The position numbers and the translations under genes were made by a program. From a virus (Duplodnaviria > Caudoviricetes), in the IMG/VR virus record IMGVR_UViG_3300030330_002667, positions 1-33,844 of that record: DNA of 33,844 nt; one strand, 5' to 3'. The notes below the pieces were generated by a model. The model had not been told where the DNA came from. It did not search any database and saw nothing but the letters and a program-made list of their open reading frames with translations. The first letter of the stretch is position 1; each line of letters opens with the position of its first letter. Of this stretch, positions 9,801 through 19,469 are shown in pieces.

Positions 9801-10441
9801 TTCTGAGCAGCTTCAAGCAAAGCTTCTTGAGCATCCCTGCCCTCAGACAAAGCATTTGCTAAATCTAATGAATTAGGAACGCCTACAAAAAATGCAGCAT
9901 CAGCATTAGCTATTTTCAAACCACGTTTTTTATAAGACTGATTTGCTAAATACTCTAAACTATTTAAACCTAAAACCTCTCGACCTTTATTCTTACCAAA
10001 AACAAGACCACCACCCCTAATAGCTTTAGCCATAATACCAAATGAAGTAAGCTCTGCTGCAAGTATTGGGTCAGCTACAATATTTTGAACAGCACCACCA
10101 CGCTCAAGAATCTCTTGAGCAATCTCACTTTTACTAGCATTTATATAAGCACGTTCAGCTTCCTCTATATTTAAACCACTAGCTCGAATACGTTCAGCAA
10201 CAAAACCATAAGCTGGTATTCCTAAAGACTCTATGTAGCTTTCAACATTAAAGTCTCTATCAAGATTAAGTCCCCTTGCTTCAGCAATAGTATCACTAAC
10301 AGCATTGTTAAAATAAGTAATACTATTTGCCCACCAAGTATCTCCATAGGTAGGCGCATTTGGAACAATCTTTTTTTGATCTTCGTGATTAGATGGCTTA
10401 AACTCGTGGTACTTAAAATCAATCGGCACGACTTGCTCCAA
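6854..10441 (-). CDS. Large internal virion (ejection) protein, gp16-like position
   Basis: 1195-aa helical protein; third gene after tail tubular B and before the fibre, as in podovirus synteny. Confidence 0.7.
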   Translation of the reverse strand: MEQVVPIDFKYHEFKPSNHEDQKKIVPNAPTYGDTWWANSITYFNNAVSDTIAEARGLNLDRDFNVESYIESLGIPAYGFVAERIRASGLNIEEAERAYINASKSEIAQEILERGGAVQNIVADPILAAELTSFGIMAKAIRGGGLVFGKNKGREVLGLNSLEYLANQSYKKRGLKIANADAAFFVGVPNSLDLANALSEGRDAQEALLEAAQNQVFAQGMASFIGFGGGAVLDGIKKNALRNASDHARQVRQAVDASPTKPIVDTDEPTEIITEPLPEVSDGDLDFAGKWFTDTIFYKALPTPVKSVMNSNAPDEVKLMFMRLINDAGVTFKLNQQGKGFGKSVAQEAGELAGKWGGTYNQLHEIWSEVNPRGGAAPLDMPIQNSIEKIRGYFGKENLTFEDWGKNIVHMYINNKTPDTAADVRALKVVREYFDEWDRSLNRVGLLNQRSYLVTRQLDIMNRTTSITNVAQDILKTNRNFLEQRVTDLSTKIDEIETSAKTGRKIGLSKKQTALVKSLKTERSNLSSALEASYRTNLNNFSQYLDDLSLLPKQKRALGNISKHIDEMKNRLTNIYEYLEGIDIDKGLREPFFPRYFNRRYIEQNREKFVAKLVEEFKKNPNIEAYNPATQRFEIITQATDDASLRKRANRTTDEILDMVDDDGFNEDYAFFGVGRSKHLMHRKLNIPNSALEEFMITDLKQVLIAYNSKVAPKYAFANQFRTIDDAPATIDDLVSDVRSKMQKAKMSEKEINRIAKEFYGSYERIVGRLTLKPDKLDTKIAQGLQSATQWTFLGGAGQAALTDFANIFLDNDIRTIGKGIMALLDENSLKLTRKELQQAGDGFEVIGGTYSMKWLESLSNDPFRSGLTDKINNAFYQFNLLSQVTLVAKTLESTFRAHTIIEAAIRFTNNQASDWEKVFLARYNIDKDLAAKIAKSPFEKTKNGFILANSEMWTDADAVDAFRSALRSGVMNRIIMGTASDKPYVMSGKTYMPMHLADMMGLPESKRIKGYAEIESPFLALPFTFYTYTFGAFNKITTNYAQGTVRNPAIHFLIAMFLGYQVMKMRTPNWALEDMDLEDKFLRSFDYSGIAALYSDLTYRSLEMGMAFDIANPTPFEPKFKEDPDALGGIVSIFGAPADYTYGFIKGAKDFVRGDYSEFVDQSVRQIPLIGNFLVKEHVKDISNTLENFAEGFE

Positions 10442-13400
10442 CTAAAATATTAGCATCTTCTTTAGTCATAAATTTTTCTTTAACTAATAAATCAAGTATA
10501 TCTTTATTTTCTTGCTGCTTTAATAAAGTAGGATCTAATGCAAACTTATAAGCCATAAATGCTCTAGCACCTTCTTCTGTGCCACCAGTAGGATCACCAA
10601 ACAAATCATCCTTTGTTGGGAAACCAATAGCTTTTGCTGCAAAATTACCTAATGTAAATTCATTATCACTCTTTAAGCTATCTTGCATAATTGCACGATA
10701 CCTTGTGTAATATGTTTCTGTTAGCCTTGAAATGTCAGCTTTAGGATAAGGAATGTAATCTAAAAGGTTAACAACCATTGTCATTGTTTGAGACACAGTT
10801 TCACCATCTTGTTGTATTTCCTCAGTGTACATAAAAGGTTCAAACCTACCATTTTTAGGCATCATAACCATTGCCATATTGTCAGTATTAGGAATCATTT
10901 TAAGTTTCCAATTTACATCTAAAACAATTGGAGCTTCGCCTTCTAACTCAAGTTCAAGCATTGATTTTATTGTGCTTGGCTTTGATTTTGTAAGTCTAAT
11001 TTTTTGAATTGGATCAAGTAAATTTAATATATCTTTTTCAATACCATCATCCATTCTTCGTATTTCTTGTTTGTTAAACCTCAAACTTCTTGCTTGAGAA
11101 ACAGAACCACTTAGAGTTGGGCCTAGCATTCTTTCATCTTTACCATAAGAAGATTCAACAAACTTATTTAACTTAGCAACCAGCATATCTTCACTTCGTA
11201 TGCTAGGAAGAAGTGCATAAGATACATTTGTTAAAAGCCTTTGTGTTTTAACATCTGCTTCAGCAAAGTTATCTCTTAAAAACTTATTAACATCTTTTCC
11301 AATTACATTGTTAAAAGATTGTGGCAATGAAACTCCATCCATCTGTGAAGCTTCACCAGCCATTCGAACAAGAGAAAGCCCAAAAGAACTTGAGCCACCA
11401 GCATTAGCTAATGTGTCAAAGTCAACAAATGCTGCACCCAAAATTGCTTTAGCATTATCGTTAACTTGATATGGCATTTGTTTATTATTTAAAAGATTAT
11501 AACCAATGCCAACTGCACCACCTTGAGTTAACTTAGAATAAATATGAAAAAGGTTTTCTTGTCCTTCGGTTGTTTGAGGTGGATTGGTTGCACTCATTTC
11601 TAAGAAATCAACAATCTCTTTAGGAATAACACCTGAGTTTAATATTCCATCTACTTGTTTCATATATTCGGTAGGTGTTAAAACACCACCTCTCATAGCA
11701 TAAAAAGCACCTTTTTTAGTTGAAAAGTATTGAACAGGATTGCTGCTACCATCACCCAACAATGGATTTAAAATGTTACTAGAAACAGCATCAATGTCTT
11801 CAGGATCAGCAACTGACCCAAGTGTTAAACCTCTGTCAATTTTTCTTGCTAAAGTTTCAGCTTTATCAAATTCTTTTCTTAAAGCTGTAGAAAATTTTTT
11901 AAAATCTTCAACAAAAGGATCAATATTGATATCATAATCCTTCATTCTGCCTAGTATTTCTAAGACAGCAGCTTCAGGCTTACCTTCAAATTTTTTAAGA
12001 AACTCTGTTTCTTTACCACTTTGTAATGCTTCTTCTATATCTAATAACTGTTCTTCAGAAAAACCTCTGCCATTTGTTTCTTTAGAAATAGCAGCAAATA
12101 AAATTGGCTCTATCTTATTTGCTATTGATTTATTTAATTTAGCTAGTTTATCTTCTTTTGTTTGAGAAGGAAGTTTACTAAAAGCATCTAAAGCTTTGTC
12201 TGTACGTTTTGTTAATTCTTCATGATCACCAGAATAATTGTAATCAATTAAATCAAGAAGAGCTTCTGCATAATTATCTTCTATTTGTTCTCTTTGAGTA
12301 GTTTGTTTATGAGCAATACTTTCTTTTAAAAGAGCTTGAAGAGGATTTTTAAGAGTATTTATTGTTGATGAATCAAGATCTACAGTTTTAGAAGCAAGAT
12401 CTACTTTTTCTAATAATTTTTTAGCTTCAACAATTATTTCAGGATCATTTTTATTTAAAATAAAACGAGTTTCTAAACTATTTATTTCACTTGTAAGAGC
12501 TTTAGTTGTTGCATCTTTATTTTCTTTTTTAACAAATTCACTCTTTTCATAATCAAGATTTTTTGCTTGCTCTTTTAATTCATTATATTTTTTCCATTGA
12601 TCATTGGTAAAATATTCAGGTTGAGCAACTTCATCAAACTGTCTTAAAACATCAGCTGCGCCATCAAAATCTTTTTTCTTTAGTAATGCTTTAAATCTTT
12701 CTTCAAATTTACCAAACGCAGATGAGTTAGCTATTTTACCTGCTGTTTTTTGTTTTGCTATGACTAAGTCATTTGCTTCTTTATTAGCTTTAGCAATAGC
12801 TTTTTCTTGAGCAAGAATAGCTGCTTCTTTATCACTAATTCTAGTATTGTTTGCTTCTTCTACTTCTATCCGATTGTTATTATAATCTTTCAAAGTTTCA
12901 AAAATACTGTTTCTAACTTCTAATGGTATTTTAGATTTATGTATTCTTTGAATAGCACTTGTAAGATCTCCCAAAGATTCTCTATATACTTTTTTTTCAC
13001 TTTCCTCTAATGCAGCTGGAATATAATCATCTAAGTTTGGAACAGTATTTGAAGCAAGGGCTAAACCTATTTGATCAACCAATTGTTTGTCATAAATAGA
13101 TTTAGGAATTTCTTCTATAATACCTTGCAAAGCTTTTCTTATATAATCTTCAGCAGTATCTTTTTCACCTCCATTTAATGCAGGGTTTTCAGAGAGACGC
13201 TTATTAACTGCATTATAATTTCTAACAGCAATATTTAATTTTACTGTATTATCTTTAGTTGATGACATATCTTCGCTTGTAGTAGAATTAAGATTTCTTA
13301 ATTCTGTATTTGATTCATCATTAAATTCTTGTTCAGATGCTTCAGAAATCTTTTGATAAGATTCAATACTTCCAGAATACATTGAAGATAAAAGATTAGG

Positions 13401-14297
13401 TTCAAGAGTTTCAAACTCACCAACAATTTGCAAAACCTTATTTCTTACATCATCATTTTCAATAAGGGTTGCAAAATTTATATTTTCAAGAGAAGCAGCT
13501 ATAGCTTCTTTCTCACTATCTTTCATATCTTTTGTTTCATTAGAAAGATTAGAAACAGCATAAGAAGCTGATACTTTTAATCTTCGATCTCTATTTTTTC
13601 TGTGTTGAGTATGATCGTTTGTAACTTGAAGAGCTCTGCTTTCAGCATCAACAACCTTTTGAAGATCTTCTGCATATTTATCATTACCATCTGGGCCATA
13701 ATAAATACCAGATCTTAGATTTGCAGTAAGCTCTTCAACTTCATTTATATAATTTAATTGAGCATCTAATTTTACCTGCTCAACTCTAGCTTTTTCTTGA
13801 GCAATTTGTAATGTAAGTTTTCTTTCAGCTACTTCTTCAGAAGATACTCTAAATACAGTTTCTTTAAATCTACCCTCGGCTGCTCCATAAGTTGAGTTAA
13901 CAAACCCCTCCATCATATTATTATAAGCAGTTGGGTCAGGATATTTAAAAGCAAACTCTCTAGATTTTTGCCTAATGTTTTGAGCAACTATTTGATCATA
14001 TCTTTGATTTACAATATTAAGATAAACATCTCTTCGAATGCGACCATATTCCTCTGGAACCTTTAAAGCTATAGGATTCCCATCAGTATCAAATGTTTTA
14101 AATGATGAAGCATTTACAGCATAAGCTGCATTCTCAGCTTCTTCTCTACCTTTAGCAATAGCATCTTGTAATGCTATTTGTTGAAACTCATCAGCAACTG
14201 CACTTACTGTATTCCAAACATCTTGTGCGCCAGTATCAAAAGATCTAACTCCTATTGGAGATAAAGTAACATTTTGTTTTTGTTTAATAAAACTCAT
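10419..14297 (-). CDS. Internal virion (ejection) protein, gp15-like position
   Basis: 1292-aa alpha-helical K/E-rich ORF; synteny. Confidence 0.65.
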   Translation of the reverse strand: MSFIKQKQNVTLSPIGVRSFDTGAQDVWNTVSAVADEFQQIALQDAIAKGREEAENAAYAVNASSFKTFDTDGNPIALKVPEEYGRIRRDVYLNIVNQRYDQIVAQNIRQKSREFAFKYPDPTAYNNMMEGFVNSTYGAAEGRFKETVFRVSSEEVAERKLTLQIAQEKARVEQVKLDAQLNYINEVEELTANLRSGIYYGPDGNDKYAEDLQKVVDAESRALQVTNDHTQHRKNRDRRLKVSASYAVSNLSNETKDMKDSEKEAIAASLENINFATLIENDDVRNKVLQIVGEFETLEPNLLSSMYSGSIESYQKISEASEQEFNDESNTELRNLNSTTSEDMSSTKDNTVKLNIAVRNYNAVNKRLSENPALNGGEKDTAEDYIRKALQGIIEEIPKSIYDKQLVDQIGLALASNTVPNLDDYIPAALEESEKKVYRESLGDLTSAIQRIHKSKIPLEVRNSIFETLKDYNNNRIEVEEANNTRISDKEAAILAQEKAIAKANKEANDLVIAKQKTAGKIANSSAFGKFEERFKALLKKKDFDGAADVLRQFDEVAQPEYFTNDQWKKYNELKEQAKNLDYEKSEFVKKENKDATTKALTSEINSLETRFILNKNDPEIIVEAKKLLEKVDLASKTVDLDSSTINTLKNPLQALLKESIAHKQTTQREQIEDNYAEALLDLIDYNYSGDHEELTKRTDKALDAFSKLPSQTKEDKLAKLNKSIANKIEPILFAAISKETNGRGFSEEQLLDIEEALQSGKETEFLKKFEGKPEAAVLEILGRMKDYDINIDPFVEDFKKFSTALRKEFDKAETLARKIDRGLTLGSVADPEDIDAVSSNILNPLLGDGSSNPVQYFSTKKGAFYAMRGGVLTPTEYMKQVDGILNSGVIPKEIVDFLEMSATNPPQTTEGQENLFHIYSKLTQGGAVGIGYNLLNNKQMPYQVNDNAKAILGAAFVDFDTLANAGGSSSFGLSLVRMAGEASQMDGVSLPQSFNNVIGKDVNKFLRDNFAEADVKTQRLLTNVSYALLPSIRSEDMLVAKLNKFVESSYGKDERMLGPTLSGSVSQARSLRFNKQEIRRMDDGIEKDILNLLDPIQKIRLTKSKPSTIKSMLELELEGEAPIVLDVNWKLKMIPNTDNMAMVMMPKNGRFEPFMYTEEIQQDGETVSQTMTMVVNLLDYIPYPKADISRLTETYYTRYRAIMQDSLKSDNEFTLGNFAAKAIGFPTKDDLFGDPTGGTEEGARAFMAYKFALDPTLLKQQENKDILDLLVKEKFMTKEDANILVGASRAD

Positions 14298-14299
14298 TA

Positions 14300-14728
14300 C
14301 TAAACCCCTTTAAATCTCATATATGCACTGCCCATTTTACCTATAGCAGCAAACAAACCAGCACGTCTTGTGTTTGCAGCTTTTTCATATTGAACTAATG
14401 ATGCAACAGTTCTGCTTTCTTTTTCAAGAAACTCTTGGGTTTGCATAACTGCAATGTTAGAACCAAAAGCTTTTTCTTGTGCATCTTTAAAAGCTTTTAC
14501 ATTTGTGTATTTTTCACCTTCTTGAAAAGCAAACATAGCCTCATTTACATTTACTGAAGCCTCATAGTTTCTTTGCAAAATATTTTGATCTTGAATAGCT
14601 TGAGCTTGAGCAACAATAGTTTCTATTTCCATTTGTTTAGCTTGATTCTCTTCTTGTTGAGCTTGCGCTCTAGAAGCTGCTAAAGTACCAAGTGCGCCTA
14701 TTGCTCCAAATATAAGTGGAAGTGCCAT
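14300..14728 (-). CDS. Internal virion protein, gp14-like
   Basis: Gly/Ala hydrophobic N-terminus, Gln/Ala coiled coil, amphipathic C-terminus; follows the nozzle gene. Confidence 0.7.
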   Translation of the reverse strand: MALPLIFGAIGALGTLAASRAQAQQEENQAKQMEIETIVAQAQAIQDQNILQRNYEASVNVNEAMFAFQEGEKYTNVKAFKDAQEKAFGSNIAVMQTQEFLEKESRTVASLVQYEKAANTRRAGLFAAIGKMGSAYMRFKGV

Positions 14729-17148
14729 TAAAATATTAACTCCGCTACCAAACCGTTAACTTGTAAATCAAGGGGCGCATCTTGCGTTATTGTTACTTGA
14801 GGATCTCGACTATAACCTAACAATCTAAACTCTTTCTTACCTGTTACTGGTTGAAGTTGTTGAGATAAATCATCAGTAACATTTCTAATTATTAAATCAG
14901 TATCATTTACTTTTACAGATAAAGTATCTTTTAAATCAAGAAAAGCAGCACCAACAGCTCTAGGTAAACTAGTTAACGGACCATTGCCAACCCCAGCATC
15001 AAGAGGATTTGTTTTTAATTCAACATTAAATTTTTTACCAATTTCAACAGATGTTAATGTTTTATCAACACCAGAGGCATCAATATTTCCAGATGCAACA
15101 GTAAACTGCCCAATAAAATTATTACCATTTATTACCTGAAGAACAGCACCATCATTAAAATCAGCAGAGACATCAAATACACCAGCCGTTCCAGTATAAG
15201 TTTTTGCCATATCAAGATTAAAGTTTTTGTTAAATTCACAAAGAACAATTTTTTTTGAACCATCACCAAGATCATATTCTACATTTGCAAAAACACGATC
15301 ATCAATAGTAACAGTAGAATGAAAAACACCATCAGTAGTAAACTCAACCCAACCAGCGCGTTGCTCAGCTCGATTAGAATTAAACACAGCAAGAGTACCA
15401 TCATTGTTTAAAACAAAAACATAACTCTCAGATCTTGATAAAGCTCCATACAAAGTATTCATTTCTATTGGTGTTTTAATTAAATGGGATGCCGTTGTTG
15501 ATATTGGATTTGCTATATAAGCATTCTCGCCATCAGCAAAAATATATTCTCTAGCAATCTGCCCACCCTTTTGAACAAAAAGAGTAGCACCATCAATAAG
15601 TTGAGGCCTTATAAATCCAGAACCAAATGGTGTTTGTTTTTTAAGCTGAGCGTTAAGAGGTGTTAATGGTTGATTTTGAAATGCTGGAATATACATTTCA
15701 GCAGAAGCTGCAAAAACTTGAAGGTCTCTATTAGAAACAATATGACGTATTTGCTGAACTTCACCAACAGATGCTGATATTTGAATAGAATTATTATCTT
15801 CTGAATCACCAACATCAAAGTTAAAAAACTTACCAGATTTACTAAACCATATTGAGTCAGGTTGAGCTAATGTACCAGCAAATACTAATCTGTTCTCATG
15901 AAATGTAACAGCAGCAGGGAAGCCTCGAAGAGAAGAATATGACTGTTCATCCCAAGTTGTTGTTGGTGCATGAGTAGTAATTGTAGGTGTTCCCCCACCT
16001 AAAACAGAATCATTTGCAGCACCGCCAGCAGTAAATGTAAAAGCATCATCGCTAATAACAGTAGCAACAGTTCTAGCACCATTTATATTAGAGTTACTTA
16101 TACCACCAATAGTATCAGCATCTGCAAAAGTAATTGAGTCACCAACTGATAAACCATGATTAACAAGCGTAACTTCAACAGCAGTAGACCCATTATTTGT
16201 TCTTAAAGAATTTGCAGTTAATCTTACAGTAAGAGCATCAAGAACATCACCAGTTGCAACGGTAGAGCTTTGAACATCATCAATCTCTATTTCATTACCA
16301 TTATATCTTACAGTAATTCCAATATGTTTTGGTTGCGTAACATTATCAACAGTTCCAGTTTTAGTTGCGTCACCAACCCCAGTAGCTTGAAATACTTGGC
16401 CTACTGCATTTGAATGTGCGCCTACTGTAGTAAAGTCAGATGTGCCTAATGTTTTAACAATATACCAATTATTAACAACCATAGAGCCATCAGCAACATT
16501 CTCTACCTGAACAGTTCCTGTGTCCCAATACGCAGAACTTGTAGTAAGTGTAATATCATTACCGCTAGATGCTGAAGGATCTAAAGTCATACCAGCTGTT
16601 TGAAAAGGATAGTAAGGTTGATAAACTTCTTTGTTGTCAGACTTTTGATCAAAAGCAAAACTTTCAACCTGAAAGTTAGTAAGACTTGTTCGAACAACCA
16701 TTTGAGCAATAAACAATTGATGGCAAATAAACATAACATCACCAGCTTGGGCAAATGTATATTCGTGTAAAAAGTCATCATCAAAAGGTAGAGCAGCACT
16801 TGCTATGTTTTGAGTAATTGTTTGTATTAAAGAAACATTGCCAGTTGATGGGCTAATTTGAAAAACTCTTAATTTAGCTTCTTCGATAGAAATAATATAT
16901 TGTTCATCATCCGAAAATATAAATGGTGCTAATCTACATTGCTGAGTTTTAGATGTATTAATAGTAGTGTCATATTGATAAATAGCTTCAAGACCAGATC
17001 GTTTTAAAATACCACCTTCAGATCTTAGAAAAAAGTTTTCAACACGTTGAGCAGATTGGTTATAAAGCGGTGAATCTGTTCTTGATGTTAAGGATGGGCT
17101 TACCTCTCCAAATTGAAAATTTGTAAGCGGAACTCTTACTTTTCTCAT
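14728..17148 (-). CDS. Tail tubular protein B (nozzle)
   Basis: TNFQFGEVSP N-terminus, GFPAAVTFHENRLVFAG and IWFSKSG motifs; 806 aa; follows tubular protein A. Confidence 0.9.
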   Translation of the reverse strand: MRKVRVPLTNFQFGEVSPSLTSRTDSPLYNQSAQRVENFFLRSEGGILKRSGLEAIYQYDTTINTSKTQQCRLAPFIFSDDEQYIISIEEAKLRVFQISPSTGNVSLIQTITQNIASAALPFDDDFLHEYTFAQAGDVMFICHQLFIAQMVVRTSLTNFQVESFAFDQKSDNKEVYQPYYPFQTAGMTLDPSASSGNDITLTTSSAYWDTGTVQVENVADGSMVVNNWYIVKTLGTSDFTTVGAHSNAVGQVFQATGVGDATKTGTVDNVTQPKHIGITVRYNGNEIEIDDVQSSTVATGDVLDALTVRLTANSLRTNNGSTAVEVTLVNHGLSVGDSITFADADTIGGISNSNINGARTVATVISDDAFTFTAGGAANDSVLGGGTPTITTHAPTTTWDEQSYSSLRGFPAAVTFHENRLVFAGTLAQPDSIWFSKSGKFFNFDVGDSEDNNSIQISASVGEVQQIRHIVSNRDLQVFAASAEMYIPAFQNQPLTPLNAQLKKQTPFGSGFIRPQLIDGATLFVQKGGQIAREYIFADGENAYIANPISTTASHLIKTPIEMNTLYGALSRSESYVFVLNNDGTLAVFNSNRAEQRAGWVEFTTDGVFHSTVTIDDRVFANVEYDLGDGSKKIVLCEFNKNFNLDMAKTYTGTAGVFDVSADFNDGAVLQVINGNNFIGQFTVASGNIDASGVDKTLTSVEIGKKFNVELKTNPLDAGVGNGPLTSLPRAVGAAFLDLKDTLSVKVNDTDLIIRNVTDDLSQQLQPVTGKKEFRLLGYSRDPQVTITQDAPLDLQVNGLVAELIF

Positions 17149-17741
17149 TATGTTAGCCTATTAGTAATAAACCTGTTTGTAGCAAACTTTCTAGTTGTTT
17201 GCTGTTGTGAATCTAAGTTTCTAGCTTTAGCCATTTGAAATTGAGCTTGCTGACCCATAAGAGTTGCTAACTGTTGATCTCTTGCTAAACTTACAGAAAA
17301 TACAGTTGCTAGTTCATACTCAACAGCTACAGTAAAATACGAAGGCCAATCTTGTTCTTCAGCTCTATAAGTATAATCAAGAACTAATACAGCTGTGCTA
17401 TCAACATCACAGAATACTTTATCTCCATATATTTGATAATCAATAGGATTATCATTTTGAGTTACAGTATGTGTCATTAACCAACCGCTAGGTAATTGAT
17501 AAGCAGCATCGTACCTACCAGTTGGGGCAGCTGTTAATCTATTCATTACAACTTGATTTGTAGAAAATCTCCACCGTGAATTAACCAAAGACGCTCTTGC
17601 TATATCCTCATACATATTAGAGGCTACAAGAGCCTCATTAGTATTATCATCAAAAGATGTAATTGGATCTGCACCAATTAATATTAATGCTCTACTGCAA
17701 ACATCAATTGGAGAATTAGAAGGAGTGCTTGTTACTGCCAT
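17148..17741 (-). CDS. Tail tubular protein A (adaptor, T7 gp11-like)
   Basis: DVCSRALILIGADPITSFDD...WRFS...AYQLPS signature; 197 aa. Confidence 0.9.
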   Translation of the reverse strand: MAVTSTPSNSPIDVCSRALILIGADPITSFDDNTNEALVASNMYEDIARASLVNSRWRFSTNQVVMNRLTAAPTGRYDAAYQLPSGWLMTHTVTQNDNPIDYQIYGDKVFCDVDSTAVLVLDYTYRAEEQDWPSYFTVAVEYELATVFSVSLARDQQLATLMGQQAQFQMAKARNLDSQQQTTRKFATNRFITNRLT

Positions 17742-17751
17742 ATAAAAACCT

Positions 17752-17782
17752 CAAAAGAAAGGTGGGGCCGAAGCCCCAACCT
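17752..17782 (-). terminator. Intrinsic terminator after the capsid genes
   Basis: - strand AGGTTGGGGC-TTCG-GCCCCACCT then TTCTTTT; UUCG tetraloop. Confidence 0.9.
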
Positions 17783-17783
17783 A

Positions 17784-18047
17784 TTAGTCACCGTCAGTTT
17801 CTGCAACTGCTGTACCATCAGATACATCGACAACAGTTCCAGTATTTGACAATACTGTTACAAAATTTGTTGTTGGTGTATTAGTATCATGCACCACAAC
17901 TAAATCACGAACAGCAAGCATGTTAGCTGCATCGTTAAAGTAACCTTCTGTGTTTACTGTAGCAATTGCATCAGTAGTTGTGTATCTCCACAAGCTACCA
18001 TTTGAATCACCACCAATACGAGTTAGTCCACTTGCACTATAAGCCAT
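17784..18047 (-). CDS. Putative capsid decoration / minor capsid protein
   Basis: 87 aa, between the MCP and its terminator, so co-expressed with capsid. Confidence 0.6.
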   Translation of the reverse strand: MAYSASGLTRIGGDSNGSLWRYTTTDAIATVNTEGYFNDAANMLAVRDLVVVHDTNTPTTNFVTVLSNTGTVVDVSDGTAVAETDGD

Positions 18048-18059
18048 TTTCTAACCCTC

Positions 18060-18869
18060 CTAGTTATTATCTAGCAGTTCGTAAACGCCGTTGTCATCAA
18101 TAACAACTGAACCCATTGACATCATTGATGTCGCTAGGTGCGATACTTTTTCTGCTACATAGTTTACTTCAGTTTGAACATCTGAGTTCACACCAATACC
18201 TACTGCTCTCATGTGATAAGTAAAGTTCTTACCACCAGCAACAGCTGATGTTGAAAAGATCTTGAAGCCCAAGAACTCTTTCATTGTCATACCGCCAGCA
18301 AATGGTAGGTTTTGTGGTCCAACAAAGTCGCTAGAAGCAAACTCTGTAATGTTGAACAGATCTGCAAAACCAGCTGGGGACATAGCAATATAACGCTGTC
18401 CGTCTTCTGGAATATTAGCAGTACCAAATGTTTCAAAGGTAGAAAGAAGATCAGCTTTACTTACAGCAGAACCACCAGCACCTAACTGAGTTGAGTTAGC
18501 ACCAGCATCCATAGCTGTTGTAATAAGTTCATCAGTCTTACGACCTAAGGCAGCAGCAGCAGATTCAGCAACAGCTTGACGCTCGTTGATGTTTGTTTTC
18601 AACTCGTCAAGTTTGTCGATGTACTCAGCAGCATAGAAGTCAGACATTGTTACTTCCACATTAGTATGTGCAAGTTCCATTGGCGTGACGTTGCCGTTTC
18701 TTGATTTAGTTGTTGCTGATCCAGTTCCTATTTTTTGGAATCGAGCAACATTGCCTGACACATTCGTGGAACGAATGGTATTACGCAGTTTAGAACCCAT
18801 GCGCTGGTATGCAAGATGCACATCGGTTTCAAACTGTTTAATAAAGGCTTGGTCAATTGTATTAGCCAT
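18060..18869 (-). CDS. Major capsid protein
   Basis: MANTIDQAFIKQFETDVHLAYQRMGSKLR...AAAALGRKTDELI signature; after scaffold. Confidence 0.9.
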   Translation of the reverse strand: MANTIDQAFIKQFETDVHLAYQRMGSKLRNTIRSTNVSGNVARFQKIGTGSATTKSRNGNVTPMELAHTNVEVTMSDFYAAEYIDKLDELKTNINERQAVAESAAAALGRKTDELITTAMDAGANSTQLGAGGSAVSKADLLSTFETFGTANIPEDGQRYIAMSPAGFADLFNITEFASSDFVGPQNLPFAGGMTMKEFLGFKIFSTSAVAGGKNFTYHMRAVGIGVNSDVQTEVNYVAEKVSHLATSMMSMGSVVIDDNGVYELLDNN

Positions 18870-18950
18870 TTTACAGTTCCTAAGTTAAGTTACGTTTTGC
18901 ATCTTGGGTGTCCGCTTAACATCCTCAACGAAGGTATCCTGTCGGGCTTC

Positions 18951-19469
18951 TCAGTGTATTACGGGCCTTGATGTTTTATCTGAAACACAATTTTTTGTAG
19001 GATTGCAACGCACAAAATCAACATATCGAATATTTTTCCAGTCACTAAAGCCAACAGGATGAAAGCCCAACCATACTGCCCAGTTCAACATTGACACATA
19101 TTCTTCTGCTATTTGCATAGATAAATCATCATATGACTGATCTAAGAATGACATTAATAACTTAGACCCACGTGCTAATCCCTTAAAGTTTGTTGTGATA
19201 TGTTTTGTAAATAATGCAAAGAGTTGTGGCGGCTCTTCAGAAAAGAACACACCACTTGCCATCATAATATTCCAGTTTTTATCTCTTACAACATAGACTT
19301 CAGAATCTTTTTGAAGATCACATAAAGCCTCAAAAATAGTAGGATAACCAAGATTTATTAACTCTCTTTCGGTTTCTGAATGCAATATAGAATATATTTC
19401 AGATATATGATGTTCATAAAAAGGGGTCATATAGTATGACCCACTTTGTAATATCTTTACTTCATCCAT
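18951..19469 (-). CDS. GNAT-fold / T7 gp13-like protein
   Basis: ETERELINLG...LNWAVWLGF pattern resembles gp13-like putative acetyltransferases; ATG at 19469 overlapping the scaffold end preferred over 19490. Confidence 0.5.
   Translation of the reverse strand: MDEVKILQSGSYYMTPFYEHHISEIYSILHSETERELINLGYPTIFEALCDLQKDSEVYVVRDKNWNIMMASGVFFSEEPPQLFALFTKHITTNFKGLARGSKLLMSFLDQSYDDLSMQIAEEYVSMLNWAVWLGFHPVGFSDWKNIRYVDFVRCNPTKNCVSDKTSRPVIH
19006..19015 (-). promoter_or_regulatory. Putative late promoter motif TTGTGCGTTG (capsid)
   Basis: In the 3' end of the upstream gene, about 140 nt before the MCP start. Confidence 0.65.

Noticed and set aside
17784-18062. Stop read-through fusion of MCP to the in-frame 87-aa gene
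   Set aside because: The 12-nt gap holds a second in-frame TAG (TAG GAG GGT TAG AAA ATG), the downstream gene has its own RBS, and other genes use TAG normally, so there is no sign of recoding
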